A stretch of 64,000 nt of DNA from Eledone cirrhosa (lineage: Eukaryota), in the NCBI GenBank assembly GCA_964016885.1, contig OZ024742.1:87482001-87546000 (forward strand), in the 5' to 3' direction. Positions 23,988-37,908 of this stretch are shown in pieces. Positions within the stretch are counted from its first letter, which is position 1. Every line of letters begins with the position of its first letter. The position numbers and the translations under genes were made by a program. Under the pieces are notes generated by a model. It saw only the letters and a list, made by a program, of their open reading frames with translations. It had not been told where the DNA came from and did no database searches.

Positions 23988-25081
23988 CTAGCATTAAAGC
24001 CCGGCGTTGCTCGGGGTCATTAAGTTACCAAAGTTAGGTTGCACCACCCATTTTATGGCAGCACTTTTTTGTCTGCCAAGCACTGGGTGAATGAATTGCA
24101 GACCTGGAAGCATGAGCTGTGCCAGCAGTGACAATTGTAGTTTCGCCTAAGGATATTATCTCTGTGCAAAAAAGTGTTGAAATATATTGTTCCACAGTAC
24201 TTGCGCAACACGCGCGTAGACGATGCCAGCCGAACAACAGAGCTGCGATGGAGTTGGTCTGCATGGTTGTCTGTGTGTTTTCTAAATTTAAGACAGTAGG
24301 TAAGGTTGTGATATGAGGGAGAGTTAACTGTTGTTTCTAGCAGGTTTAGTGTCCTCATAGAGGATATGTGTTTTCTAAATTTAAGACAGTAGGGAGTGGT
24401 GTGATATGGGGGAGAGTTAGCTGCTGTTTCTAGCAGGTTTAGTGACCTCATAGAAGATATGTTTTCTAAATTTAAGACAGTAGGGAGGGGTGTGATATGG
24501 GGGAGAGTTAACTGTTGTTTCTAGCAGGTTTAGTGTCCTCATAGAGGATATGTGTTTTCTAAATTTAAGACAGTAGGGAGTGGTGTGATATGGGGGAGAG
24601 TTAGCTGCTGTTTCTAGCAGGTTTAGTAACCTCATAGAGGATATGTGTTTTCTAAATGTAAGACAGTAGGGAGTGGTGCGGGGAGGGGTGTGATATGAGG
24701 GAGAGTTAGCTGCTGTTTCTAGCAGGTTTAGTAATCTTATAGAGGATATGTGTTTTCTGAATTTAAGACAGTAGGGAGTGGTGTGAACGGACAGTTCACC
24801 ATCAAGCTTGGAAAGAGAAAGTAGCAGAACGTATGAAGTTGTATAGATTTCGAATGGTAGTAGAAAGGATTCAGCAGTTTAAATGAGAGAGAACAATCGT
24901 AAAATATTGAGTTTTATCTATTTTTTGCGTAATTGTGGGTGAAATTGAAAAAATTATCTGCGTCAAGACGCAATCGAAACTGTTTCGAATACTGAATTCT
25001 AAATTTCAATTGAAGAAATTCTATATCGTAGATTTCTATAAAGAAGGAGCATAACCACACACTGAGCTTTATAGATTATGA
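23988..25081 (-). mobile_element. Non-autonomous Helitron-like element carrying an internal minisatellite
   Basis: Minus-strand 3' end cccgagcaacgccggg-ctttaatg-CTAG|T; putative 5' A|TC(ataatctataaagctcagtgtgtg) at ~25081; no TSD seen. Confidence 0.65.
24274..24786. repeat. ~93-bp tandem repeat, about 5.5 copies
   Basis: The tctaaatttaagacagtaggg motif recurs at 24281, 24374, 24465, 24558, 24651 and 24756. Confidence 0.95.
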
Positions 25082-25100
25082 TATATATGTATATATATAT

Positions 25101-25245
<145 letters not shown>

Positions 25246-25259
25246 AATATATGTGTCAA

Positions 25260-25403
25260 TAATTGTCAAAAGTGTAGTGTTTGGACCAGAGTTTTCAAAT
25301 CGCTGGCAGGACTAAAAAGTCACACTCGTTCAGCGCATCCGTAGGGGTTCTCCTACATGGATATAAAGTAGTCGCCATACTCGAAAACGAGTGTGCAGCC
25401 ACC
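25260..25403 (+). mobile_element. 3' tail of an RTE/BovB-type LINE (C2H2 finger remnant + 3' UTR hairpin)
   Basis: [23 protein letters not shown], then actcg-aaaa-cgagt hairpin, then (TA)n. Confidence 0.6.
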
Positions 25404-25434
<31 letters not shown>

Positions 25435-25487
25435 TATATATATATAGATGAAGATATATATATATATAAAGATATATATATATAAGA

Positions 25488-26540
25488 TGAAGATCTTACA
25501 GGCTTATGGAATCCCCAAGAGGATAGTGGACCTGATATTACTGCTCTACACCAACACCAAAGCCCAAGTCATTAAACCTGATGGGATGACAGAGTTCTTT
25601 GAGATACTGGCTGGAATGCTCCAGGGAGATACATTGGCTCCCTACCTTTTTGTCATCGTAGTGGACTATTGTATGCGCCTTGCACTGGAGAAACACAAGG
25701 ACTCTGGCTTTACTGTAGCACCGGCTCAGAGCAGGAGAGTTGGAGCGAAAAAGGTATCGGATGCTGAATTTGCCGACGACATAGTTTTGGTGACAAATAC
25801 AGTGAAGGAGGCAGAGGATTTGATGCGGGAGGTTGAGACTGTGTCGATGAGTGTGGGGCTGAGAATGAATGAGACTAAAACAAAATATCTGGTAGAGAAT
25901 GTTGAGAAGCCAGAGGGGATCACTAATGTGGGCGGGAAGCCGCTGGAATTGGTTGAGGACTTCCTGTATTTGGGAGCAAAGATTGGGAATGCGGAAGATG
26001 GTGTGGTTGAGAGGAAGAGCAAGGCCTGGGCGGCGTGTCACAGCTTGAGATCGGTGTGGAAGAGGGACCTTCGTAGAGACCTGAAAGTCCGCCTCTTCAT
26101 TGCTGTAGTGGAGTCTGTGCTGCTGTATGGGTCTGAGACTTGGACACTGACCAAGAGACTCACTCAGATGGTGGATGGGTGCTACACGAGAATGCTGAGG
26201 ATGGCTCTGAACATTAATCAGTATACACTGAGGATAAAAAACTCAGAGATGTATGGGAGCATCCCAAAAGTCAGCTAAAAAGTGACACAGAGAAGACTGA
26301 GGTTGGCTGGACATGCTCACCGGCATCCAGAGTTGACATTGCACTCAGTGCTCCTTTGGGAGCCCCTACATGGACACACTAGAAGAGGAAGACCAAGGTT
26401 AACATATGTTGATGCCCCAAGGACAGACACTGGTCTGTTGGAGATGCAGGATATGGCAGCGATAATGAGGGACAGAGACCGCTGGAGAGAACTCGTCCAT
26501 GGATCTCGGGAATTTTACCCGCCTTAGATAGATAGATATA
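25488..26540 (+). mobile_element. 5'-truncated RTE-clade LINE (RT C-terminal half)
   Basis: GMLQGDTLAPYLF, EFADD, NETKTKY, DFLYLG, VLLYGSETW, RRLRLAGH, RRGRPRLTY; ends in tagatagataga and (TA)n. Confidence 0.9.
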
Positions 26541-26618
26541 TATATATATAACTTTTTAAATGGAAGTTGAAGTTGTAAGGTATGTCAAATCTATCTATTT
26601 ATAAGACTGTTTATATTG

Positions 26619-26684
26619 TGTTTTGTCTGATGAAGGCATACCATATTTTTAATATGATATCCCTGAAATATATATAATGAAATA
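26619..26684 (+). ncRNA. Minimal type-I hammerhead ribozyme
   Basis: uguuuugu-CUGAUGA-aggcauaccauau...auaugauaucccu-GAAA-u-auau-AUA-augaaaua; stem I is G.U-rich, stem III loop is palindromic. Confidence 0.7.
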
Positions 26685-26832
26685 AATATGGTTTTATAAA
26701 TATAGTTTCCATTTATTTAATATCGTAAATATACTCCAAATACTTGTTGAGTTCTTTTATATCAGTTATAAATATTTACGCGTTGTAACCCAACAATTTA
26801 AATAAAACTTTGCATATATATAGATATATAGA

Positions 26833-26943
<111 letters not shown>

Positions 26944-27114
26944 ATAACAATTTATCGTTATAGGTAAGCCACTTAGAGGAAGTCTAGTTAGTGTACTCCT
27001 TGTAGTGGATGATGTTAACGTATGGCTTGGTTTGACTCAACCAGACGCTTCCATAGCGATGCAGCGTGTTCACGGTGATGTATATGTATGTTATACTTGG
27101 AGTAATAATAATTA

Positions 27115-29390
27115 AAGAAATAAGAATAACATGGTTAGCTGTACAATAAGGGTTTTATTCACAGTGCTGAGAATTCTTTCATAGATCTGGTAAGTCTAGA
27201 GTTCGCTAATCGTGAGATGTTTCGTCAGTCGACATACAATACCTCGTTTATAACCAGTTAATTCATCAGAGCGAGCGAATGTGAGGATACTACGCAAGGC
27301 ATGGCTTTTAAAGAGGGGTGGTAATATACCAGAACAATAATATCAGTAACAATATAACTAGATACTGAATAGTTAAAACAATAATATCAATATAAGTAAT
27401 AAATAGAATATAATGATAAAACTAACGTAATAAACGAACTGACACGATAGAGATGTATGAAGTTGACATGTGAAAACTACTATAGGTTACAATAGATGTA
27501 GTTTTTGAGAGATCAAGAGATAATAATAAAATGTACTGAGAGTCAGATTTTTGGAATCTACCCTTTAACCGCAATTATGAGAGATCTTGATACAGTGTTC
27601 TGTGGGTCTAAAAGCACACTAGCAATAAATCGGAGATTGATTTATGGTTTGACAGATAAGTATGTTCGTTGTATAAACTTAGTTAGATTGATAGAGTGAG
27701 TGTATAAAGATATATGGTTCTTAGGTGGTATTAAGTGAAATTGTAGATTCAGTATTTTAAAGGTTAGGAGGTTATTCTAAATGTTGGGATGGCTAGTTCG
27801 CATCATGGCGATCTAGTTTTCACAACATCAATGACAAATAGCGTATAATTAAGACGATATATCAACAATAACATATGCATGGTAAATATATAGTGAACAT
27901 GATGAATAAAATTATGTATAGGTACATTGAGATGATCATAATAATTGTTTCTACTTTAGGCACAAGGCCAGCAATTAACCAGTGCATTACTGGTACTTTA
28001 TTTTATCGACCCCGTAAGGATGAAAGGCAAAGTCAACCACGGCGGGATTTGAACTCAGATCGTAAAGGACGTAACTATGCCGGAAAGCATGGCGTCCGAC
28101 CATCTATGGATATTAAACAGCAAAATAGAAAAGTCAATTTTCTGCAGACATAGGATTGCTATTAAATTTACGAGATTTAAACCACCGTGATTCGAACCAG
28201 TATACCCAAATTTAATGGAAACTCACTTAGAATTTAAAGTATGGAATCCGGATTCTCACACAGCCCACTTCAGAAACATGATCTTCCTTAAACACCTTCC
28301 AGCCTCCCAACATCTATACCACCAAGATGGGGTAGTAATATCTACAAACATCCACCAATTATCATGTCAGCCCATAAACCAATCTAGCGTTTGCTGCTGT
28401 TTATTCTTTCGGACTAAACAATTAGATTTACATATCCATATTCGCACCCATGATATGTAACAGATCAACTTAACTCTAAGTACATTATCTCATTACCCGT
28501 ACACTCCCCGAAACTCTTATTTTTATATTTTCTTCTTATTTTCTTCTTCTTATTATTATTATTATCATCTCATGTACCCTATCCGTAATTTTATTCATTA
28601 TTCTCTCTCTCTAGTTATCATATATATGTTATTGTTGATATATTGTCTTAATTATACGCTATTTGTCATTGATGTTGTGAAAACTAAACCCTCATAATGC
28701 TAACTAACAATCCCAACATTTAGTATAAGCCACCTAAACCTTAAAAATACTGAATCTACAATGTCACTTAATACCACCTAAGAACCATATATCTTTATAC
28801 TCTCACACTATCAATCTAACTAAGTTGATACAACGAAAATACTTATCTGTCAAACCATAAATCAATCTCCGGTTTATTGCTAGTGTGCTTTTAGACTCAC
28901 ATCACACTGTATCTAGATCTCTCATAATTGCAGTTCAAGGGTAGATTCCAAAAATCTGACTCTCAGTATATTTTATTAGTTATCTCTTCATCTCTCAAAA
29001 ACAACATCTAATGTAACCTATAGTAGTGTTCACATGTCAACTTCATACATCTGTATCATATCGGTTCCTTTACCATGCTAATTGTATTATTATATTCTAT
29101 TTCTTACTTATATTGATGTTATTATTTTAACTATTCATTATCTAGTTATTTTGTTATTGATATTATTGTTCTGGTCTAATACCACCCCTATATAAAAGCA
29201 ATGTCTACCGTATTATCCTCACATTCGCTCGCTCGAATGAATTAACTGGTTATAAACAAAGCATTCGAAATCGATTGACGCAACATCTAGCGATTAGCGA
29301 ACTCCAGACCTACCAGATCAAAGAAATAATTCTCAGCAGTGTGAATAAAGCCCTTATTGTACAGCCAACCAAGTTACGTCTATTTCTTGA
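27115..29390. repeat. Long inverted repeat, arms ~770 bp (27115-27880 / 28620-29390), bounded by TA-rich tracts
   Basis: e.g. gtttttgagagatcaagagataataataaaatgtactgagagtcagatttttggaatctaccc vs gggtagattccaaaaatctgactctcagtatattttattagttatctcttcatctctcaaaaac. Confidence 0.9.
27945..28100 (-). mobile_element. tRNA-derived SINE copy inside the inverted-repeat spacer
   Basis: tactggtactttattttatcgaccccgtaaggatgaaaggcaaagtcaaccacggcgggatttgaactcag. Confidence 0.8.
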
Positions 29391-29397
29391 ATTATAT

Positions 29398-29570
<173 letters not shown>

Positions 29571-29699
29571 GTGTGCGTGTATCTGCTTTACAATGAATGA
29601 TACATTTATTACGATCCCTGAATGACATTTCTGTAAAGATGCGGGTTCATGTAATCAATGCCTGATGATAACAAATGCAAACAGTATTTATAAAGGAAA

Positions 29700-29950
29700 A
29701 AAAAACAACACCCGACAAATGTCGCTGTGGATTGACCGTAGACTCTTACAGGCTCCACTCACTTTCTTTTTGCTACAGTCCGGCTATGTTCCATTCCATC
29801 TGCTCTCAACGAGACATAAATCATGGGGCTGGACAGAGGGGACGGCAAAAAGCTAGAAGGCATCAACATCTTCCAGCTTCGCGGTGGTAAACACCTCGTC
29901 TGGGATGCCACATCCTGCGACACATTCTCCAGCGTCAACCTGGTGCAGTA
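29700..29950 (+). mobile_element. CRE-like non-LTR retrotransposon fragment (zinc finger + RLE)
   Basis: PDKCRCGLTVDSYRLHSLSFC and, in another frame, GLDRGDGKKLEG...GKHLVWDATSCDTF, matching the CxCG..D..H..C / DGKRPDG..WD.T..DT pattern. Confidence 0.65.
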
Positions 29951-31211
29951 AGCGAGAAGGGTAAACTCCCCATGTATCGGTTGCTCTCAGACAGGCTTGC
30001 AGTGGAGACTTCTCCACCACCATAGGCACTGAGCTGGCTAACCGCAGGTATGAACCTCGCGAAATGGAGTGGCTTCCAGTACATCTCCCTCATCATCCTC
30101 CGGGGAAAGACCTTCTCTATTCTGCCCACCGATGCCCTGGGGCGGCCAGGGGTGGAACCCCATTTGCTCATAATATTGAGAGGTGGACAGGGCAAAGGAG
30201 ATTGAGTTTTTGATAGTGGGTATTTGGCTTCTCTGTATTTGGACCTAGTATGCGTATGCCTGTATGTTTCCTTCTATTCATTCGATAGAAAACGTGCTGT
30301 ACCTCGTAAGTTATGAATGCATTGCAACCGAAAAAGCACCAACCACAAAGGTACCAACTTTGTCTTCAGTCGTCTATGCTTAACATACTGAAATCTTGAA
30401 TGTGCTAATCCGATTGCTGCGATGAAAAGTCGTATGTAAATATGTGATATATAGACTTCCGTATACTACGTGTGTTCGTTTGTTTAGAAATGAGAGAATA
30501 AAGCACAACAAAAATAAGAAAGAATTCAACATAAATTATACATATTTGCTTTTATTTCCGTAACCAGCATATATGACATTTTAAGAGTGTACGTGTATTC
30601 GTGCGCGTGCGTCATGTCTTTCTTAGGTGCTGAAAGTAAGAGTGACATCGTAGAAAGTAGTACATGTTCGAAATAGTTTTCTTCGGAATTACCTTATCTT
30701 ACAAATATGTAAATACGAATATTCTGTGATTAATATGAAGTTATATATACATTTTGTCATTTTATTATATACTATTACATCTTGTGATGAAAATCTAATG
30801 ATTTCAAAACACACTTTCCAAGCTTAACTACGTATTTTTTTCAGTTGTGTCTGTTTATGTAATTAAGCAAAATGTATATACGATATTACTCTTGCCCCTA
30901 TTATAATACAATCATTAATATTATTAGTATGATTGAATTTTTGTGTTCAGAGAAATAATTTGTATGGAAACAATTCTAAAGTTTAAACGATGTAAGAACG
31001 AGCTTCTGTCACCTTAATATGTTTTATATGCTCTGCGTTAAAATTACATTTCTTCTACGCTTTACAAGTCTCCTTGCGATATGTCTAACTGTATATACAC
31101 GATGAGCATCAATCTGCTGCATCGCAATTCTTCTTCAAGTAACTTAATGTGTTTTTTTATTTTTATATATTATATTGTTTAAAGATATATAGGAATGAAT
31201 GTATAAATAAG

Positions 31212-31269
<58 letters not shown>

Positions 31270-31644
31270 GGGGGGGGATGTGCATTCGTATGTGCATAAT
31301 TATACAGTTATCCAATTGTTTGTACTTAGTGAATGGAAGCTCATAGTTACTTTTTATGAAAACACAAATGTGGGTATATTGAAATATTTCGTCATAGTCT
31401 TACCTTGACGGAGTAGGGACTGAGCCAGACATATTTTCAAATATGAAACTGTGCAATAATTTAAACGGAGTAGAGGAAGCTTATGGAATACAAAGACTGC
31501 ATTTGTTGAAACGTATGTCATATAAAAGAAGCAGCAACACAGACATCAACAACATCAACAAAGAAGAAATCTATTAAACAATTACCAATAACCAAACAGA
31601 ACAACATACAAAAAAACATACTCCTTCTCTACGTTTAATAATTG

Positions 31645-31845
31645 ATTCCAATTTAGGCACAAGTCCAACAATTTTCAGGGAGGAGAAATTCGATTAAATT
31701 GAACTCAGTGCATTACAGGTATTTTATTTTATCGACCGAGTAAGGATGAAATGCAAAGCAAACCTTGGCGGGATTTGAACTCAGCCATAACTCTATGCTG
31801 TAAAGCATGGCGTCTGACACGCTACCGATACTGTCAATCCATTGC
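31645..31845 (-). mobile_element. tRNA-derived SINE copy
   Basis: attttatcgaccgagtaaggatgaaatgcaaagcaaaccttggcgggatttgaactcag. Confidence 0.75.
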
Positions 31846-33338
31846 CCTTATTATGTTTTAATAATGGTTTCTACTAAAACATTCAATATAAAATGCTGAA
31901 GAATAATTAGGTGGTACAATGATTGTAATTATTTTAAAAATATTACATGAGTTTACAAGTAAACTTGTCGCACATCAAATATGTATTTTATTGTTACTCT
32001 GTTTATTTTTTTATTTCTATCTTCTATATATACCACAGGTTTCCTATTATGATTTAACTCACTAACATTTCCAGCAACTAAATGTACGCAAGATGTAACC
32101 ATAAATAATAATAATGTTTGAATGTCGTAATTAAATCTGACGTTTGTTATAGTCAGCAGAGTAAATACTATACATGGAAGTAACTAATTTAAAAATTTAA
32201 ATCAGAAGAAAAAAATATTAATTAACAGGGGAATTGAGAATAATGAAACATTTCACGCTACCAGAAAATATTCCAAATATAATTTTAGCAAACACGATGA
32301 TAATAGGTTTGTGTCCTTCAGAATTATTTATTGAATATGCATTACTAATTAATATATAGAGATGCATAAACTATATGTCTACACAAACACCCCTGTTTGG
32401 AGATGAGGCTTTGAAATATTAATGGAAAGCTGAAATATATTCAGATGAAAATGCCAGTGAGCTATTTATCAATATACTTCTCGAAAGAAATTCATGTGTA
32501 TTTCCATTCATTTGGGATAAATGTTTTCTATAAATTTAGATCAGAAAGCGCGAAAAACAGTTTTCGTCACCTTTATCAAAATAAATTTAGTTGATTTTCA
32601 ACATAAATAAGTAAGCAGAAGATTTCTTCGGAGAATACATATAGAAATATATTTTTAGAATTGCTTTTCACAATTTTCTATCGCACTTACTTTACTCTTC
32701 ATTAACATGTGACTCAACATAATGCTAAAATGAACGTATATTTATGTTATGTTTATTTCTCTTATGTTAGTAGAAAGCCCCACGAAACAGAACTAGAAAA
32801 TCAAAGTTAAATGTAAGATAGAAAATTACCTGCCATATCAATTTAATATATTGTTTCCTAGGAAATGGCTTAAATTCAAACTGCTGCGGTTCCATTGAAG
32901 TTCTCAATGCAATATTGTAATGAATTATTCAATAGGAAACGATTCATTCAACTTGAAGACAGTAGAATTGTTTTCTATTCATTCTATAAATAGAGATGTT
33001 ATTTAATAATTCTTTTAAAATGTGTTTCTTCATGCAAGATAAGCCTTTCAAAAAGATGAATTTAATACAATTTTGTACTTTTTAGATGAAATAACACAAC
33101 TGCCATATTTAATATTTTTGGTGCGCTAAAGGATAGATCGAATTATAGTAACACACACACATACACACACTCATACGGATACAAACACACATATGCTCAC
33201 ACTCATAAATGCACATTTCAGTAATGACAACCTATTTGTATGTGGAACTGTATGACAATGTCGCACACATTATACATTGGTAAATTATTCTCTTAAACAT
33301 TTGTATGTTGCTCAAATTCCATTCTGTGCACCACTACA

Positions 33339-33370
<32 letters not shown>

Positions 33371-33434
33371 GCGTGTGTGTGTGTGTGTGTGTGTGTATCT
33401 GGGGGTGTGGGTGTATGTGTGTGTGTGTATGTAT

Positions 33435-33491
<57 letters not shown>

Positions 33492-33803
33492 TGTCTGTTT
33501 TGTTTGTGCGTTTGTTAGCGAAGGGTATAACTACAATTAAAGGCGTTCGTAGCTCCCAATTTCATTTCTTAATCCATCTCGTGTTGGTTTCATTCCAGAG
33601 TTACGGCATCTGTAGTGCGCAGAGTGTAAATAGATTTAATAGAATCAATGTCACTGTATATATATATATATATATAAACCTTATTGGTATATTACAATTC
33701 TTTCGATATCGGTCAGTACATGGTATAATCAAAACATGGTATATATATATATATATGAATATATATATATAGAAGTGGTTACACCACATTTAGTTCACCT
33801 TAT

Positions 33804-33841
33804 CGTGAACAATTGTTTCACCTTAGCGGATCCTCAGCTCG
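33804..33841 (-). ncRNA. Minimal hammerhead candidate inside a small fold-back (33770-33905)
   Basis: Minus strand: cgag-CUGAGGA-ucc(gcuaa)ggu-GAAAC-aauu-GUU-cacg. The inverted arm reads aaacaattgttctcg, which restores stem I. Confidence 0.55.
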
Positions 33842-33996
33842 TAATCAGCTAAGTATAAACAATTGTTCTCGGTATGGTGAACTAACTGTTGTGTAAACAC
33901 TTCTACCTAACTCATCCCATGGACTGAGGGCTCTACCACTACGGACATTACCTTCCAGTGATCTACCACTATATATAATATATATATATATATGTA

Positions 33997-34164
33997 TATT
34001 GTTATACTTGGGGAGAGTCATATTGTTGTCATGATATTGCCAGAAATAATAACAGAACACCCTCACTGTTTGGTTGGTTTTCGCTTCTGTAACTTTTATA
34101 TCTCCAGAGTTAATTTATTGGCAATCAATGTTTATCACTGATTGATTATCGGTTAAAAATTCAG

Positions 34165-34252
<88 letters not shown>

Positions 34253-34860
34253 TCTATCAAAGTTGTTTCGCTGCACATCTGCAACAACATCAGTTGTACT
34301 TTCATGTTCCCTCCTGTTGTATTGTATTGTAATGTCTACGCCATTTTTATTTTATTTATTTATTTATCTTTGTCTCCGTCTCTGCGCATGTGTTTGCGTG
34401 TGTATAATGTTTGGTGAGTGTGTTCGCGTTTGAGTCTATGTGATTTTTTTTTGTATTCCATCTTTGTTTACAAATACGCAAACGCATGAGCAGAGACGGA
34501 GACAAAAATAAATAAATAAATAAATGAAAATGGCGTAGACATTACAATTCAATACAATAGGAGGGAACGTAATAGCACCACTTATGATGTTGCAGATGTG
34601 CAACGAAATAACTTCGATAGATTATATACTCTTTTACTCTTGTACCTGTTCCAGCCATCCCGCTGAAGCCATAATATATATATATATATCTGTGTTTTTA
34701 ACCGCTGCTATATCAATGACAACATTGATTACCAAATAAATGAACTATGGAGATATAAAAGATACCGAAGCGAAAACCAACCAAACAGTGAGTGCGTTCT
34801 GTTATTATTTATGGCAATAATATTGCAACAATATATGACCCTCCCCAAGTATAACAATAT
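33997..34860. repeat. Nested inverted repeats (outer 33997-34170/34685-34860; inner 34253-34395/34480-34620)
   Basis: tattgttatacttggggagagtcata...accctcactgtttggttggttttcgcttc vs its reverse complement at 34766-34860; inner tgtaatgtctacgccattt vs aaatggcgtagacattaca. Confidence 0.9.
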
Positions 34861-34919
34861 TTGTTTCGACACAAGATTTCATATAAGAAACCATGCAAAA
34901 CAAATTCATATATATATGT

Positions 34920-34967
<48 letters not shown>

Positions 34968-34982
34968 AGAGAGATAGAGCGG

Positions 34983-35056
<74 letters not shown>

Positions 35057-36805
35057 TATGGGGGGGTGTATGGGTGTGGGGGGCGTGTGTGTGCGTGTAT
35101 GTGAGTGCGTGTATGTATTTGTGAGTACATAATATTAAAGGTACTAAACATATAATTGTATGTTCTACTATGTTACATTATTTTAATTGTGTTAACATGT
35201 GCAGAATTATATATAATCATACTGGGGAAATATAACTCCATTAATGGCGATGGTACATTTCCATGTCCAAACATTGGTACATTTCCATGTCCAAACATTC
35301 GGAACATTTTTAGTCACGTTTGATATAAACTCTTGCTGATACCATTGTTTGATACCATTGTTTGTTTTCTTCCTCCCAATCAATTTTACATATACAGAAT
35401 CAAAGTGAATGATTTCACAGTTAAAATAATCTTCAATTGAAAATTATTTTAACTGTGAAATCTTCAATTGAAGATATGTGGTTTGATATTAACATTCGTC
35501 GTCTCTCCTTATTAAATATTAATTGAACCTGAAACATTTGCTGGTAGTTTCGCAGATATGTTAATGATATAAAAAAACCCGCAGCCATATCAATTAAGAT
35601 CAGTGAATTTATGTCATAAAAAAAACATATATAATGTGTGATCTATCTCTTCGTACATGCTCCACTTCATTCACTTTGTTTTGATCTTGTTGCCGCCACG
35701 CCGTTGATATGTGTGTGTGTGTTTAGGGTTGCATATGTATATGTGTTCACAGCACATATAGATACACCAAAGCAAATAGGAGAAGACGAATTCGTAAATA
35801 AACATGAGAATGTTAGACTAAGTGAGAAAGCCTGAGGCAGGCACAGTTATATGTGAAACAAGTTTTAAAGATTAATTGTGTACGATTGTTGATATATAAA
35901 AGTAGAAACCCCTATCGATTAATTCCTTAGAGCAAGAAATATGATAAAATTAACGATGAAGATACTAAGAATATTACTGATCATGTCGAAGAATTTGAAA
36001 TGAATTCCAGTAACCACTATATGTATCATAACTTTTATTTATTTGATTTAGTGTAGTGACGCTTAGCCTCCGAAATGATAAGGCCTTTGCCAAAATATGT
36101 ATTTCAAAGTTTAGTGCTAATAATTTATTGTTATCATGATTTTCATTATACATTCGAACTTGTAGCAATCAAACTATGTAGAATTTCCAGTATTGCCATA
36201 TCTATTTTTATTCAGTCATAATCTATTTTTATTCAATCATAATTGCCAAAAATTAGGGTTATTTTCAATTCAACTAAGGCAAATCCATTTTGAATCTAAA
36301 ACAATTTACGATATTTTGTCTATCAACATTGTTGGAGACCTCCGATAGTCTTGGTCCCCACATCCCTGCTCATTGATAAGGACTTGCAAGCCCCTGGAGT
36401 GGAGTCACCATTACTTCATGTCTCATTTGCCATCCAATTTGGAAATGTCTTCTCTAGCTTGTGAACCGGGATGAAGCGGCGCACTCACCTTTACGTTAAC
36501 TTTAATGTGGTGGCATAGGAAATATTTATACTCAAACTTAGGCATATATTAACCTCCGTAAGAATTGATATGCTGTGTTCATATATAAAACATGTCTATA
36601 TTACTGGTCCATATTTAACAGCATATCTTATCATGATGGAACATACACGTTAGCTATAGAGCATATATTTCATTTCTGCTACTCTGCAGTTTTGTCTTCA
36701 GAATATATGAACAATGAGCTAATAGTATGGTAGTAGCTTCGACAGAGAAAAGAAAACGTACGAACATTTTGATGCATTATACGCTTTTATAAACATACAG
36801 ATCAT

Positions 36806-36875
<70 letters not shown>

Positions 36876-36878
36876 TCC

Positions 36879-36912
<34 letters not shown>

Positions 36913-37401
36913 GGGGTGAGTTAGTGAGTGAGACAGAGATAGAGAGAGGGATATAGATAGAGAAAAGGCTAGATAGATAGATAGAGAGTAAAACATGAAG
37001 GTTTTATTGAGAGTATACAGAAAGTTATATAGTACAGAATGTTATCCGACTGCCCAGAAAAATATATGGTTGATTATAGAAGCAAATGATACATTCTTCA
37101 TTGTACGTCAGCATGTACGACTATTACTTTGTTCATCAAATACAACATATTCACGTTCTGTCACAAGGTAGAGATATGTGACACAGTTACGTAACATATA
37201 TAAATTTATAATATAGAATGTACGTGCTGTCTTTGAGATGTTTCACTCCTTTGTGTTAACCTTTTTACAAACGCACAGTTAAGAGTATATTTTATGTGAG
37301 ACGCCTTATGTGTCTTGTTTTAGTTCAGTAAAGCTGAGTTTTATGAAACGGAAGTTTCATAAAGCATAAAAGTGTGTATATATATATATATATATACATA
37401 C

Positions 37402-37506
<105 letters not shown>

Positions 37507-37739
37507 ATATTAACAAATGGAAACTATATTTATAAAATCATATGTATTTCATTATACGTATTTCAGCAAACTATGGTGCGCTTCCATCAGATAAAATATA
37601 TTATAGGTTAGTTTTATAAATAAATATTGACATACCCTTAAAATATGCAACCATTCTGGTTGGAATCTCCTGGATAGTGGAGTTATTAGATTTATTGTTG
37701 GTTTATTATGCAGATTAGTTTTGGAAAGGTTTAAAACAC

Positions 37740-37800
37740 TATATTTAAATTAAGCCGTTGGAATAGGGAAAATAAAGGAAGAAAGAGAAAAGACGAAGGA

Positions 37801-37852
<52 letters not shown>

Positions 37853-37857
37853 AATAT

Positions 37858-37908
<51 letters not shown>

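Noticed and set aside
24274-24786. Regular repeats as a possible CRISPR array (also 42532-42915)
   Set aside because: Units are contiguous with no unique spacers, there are no cas genes, and the context is eukaryotic.
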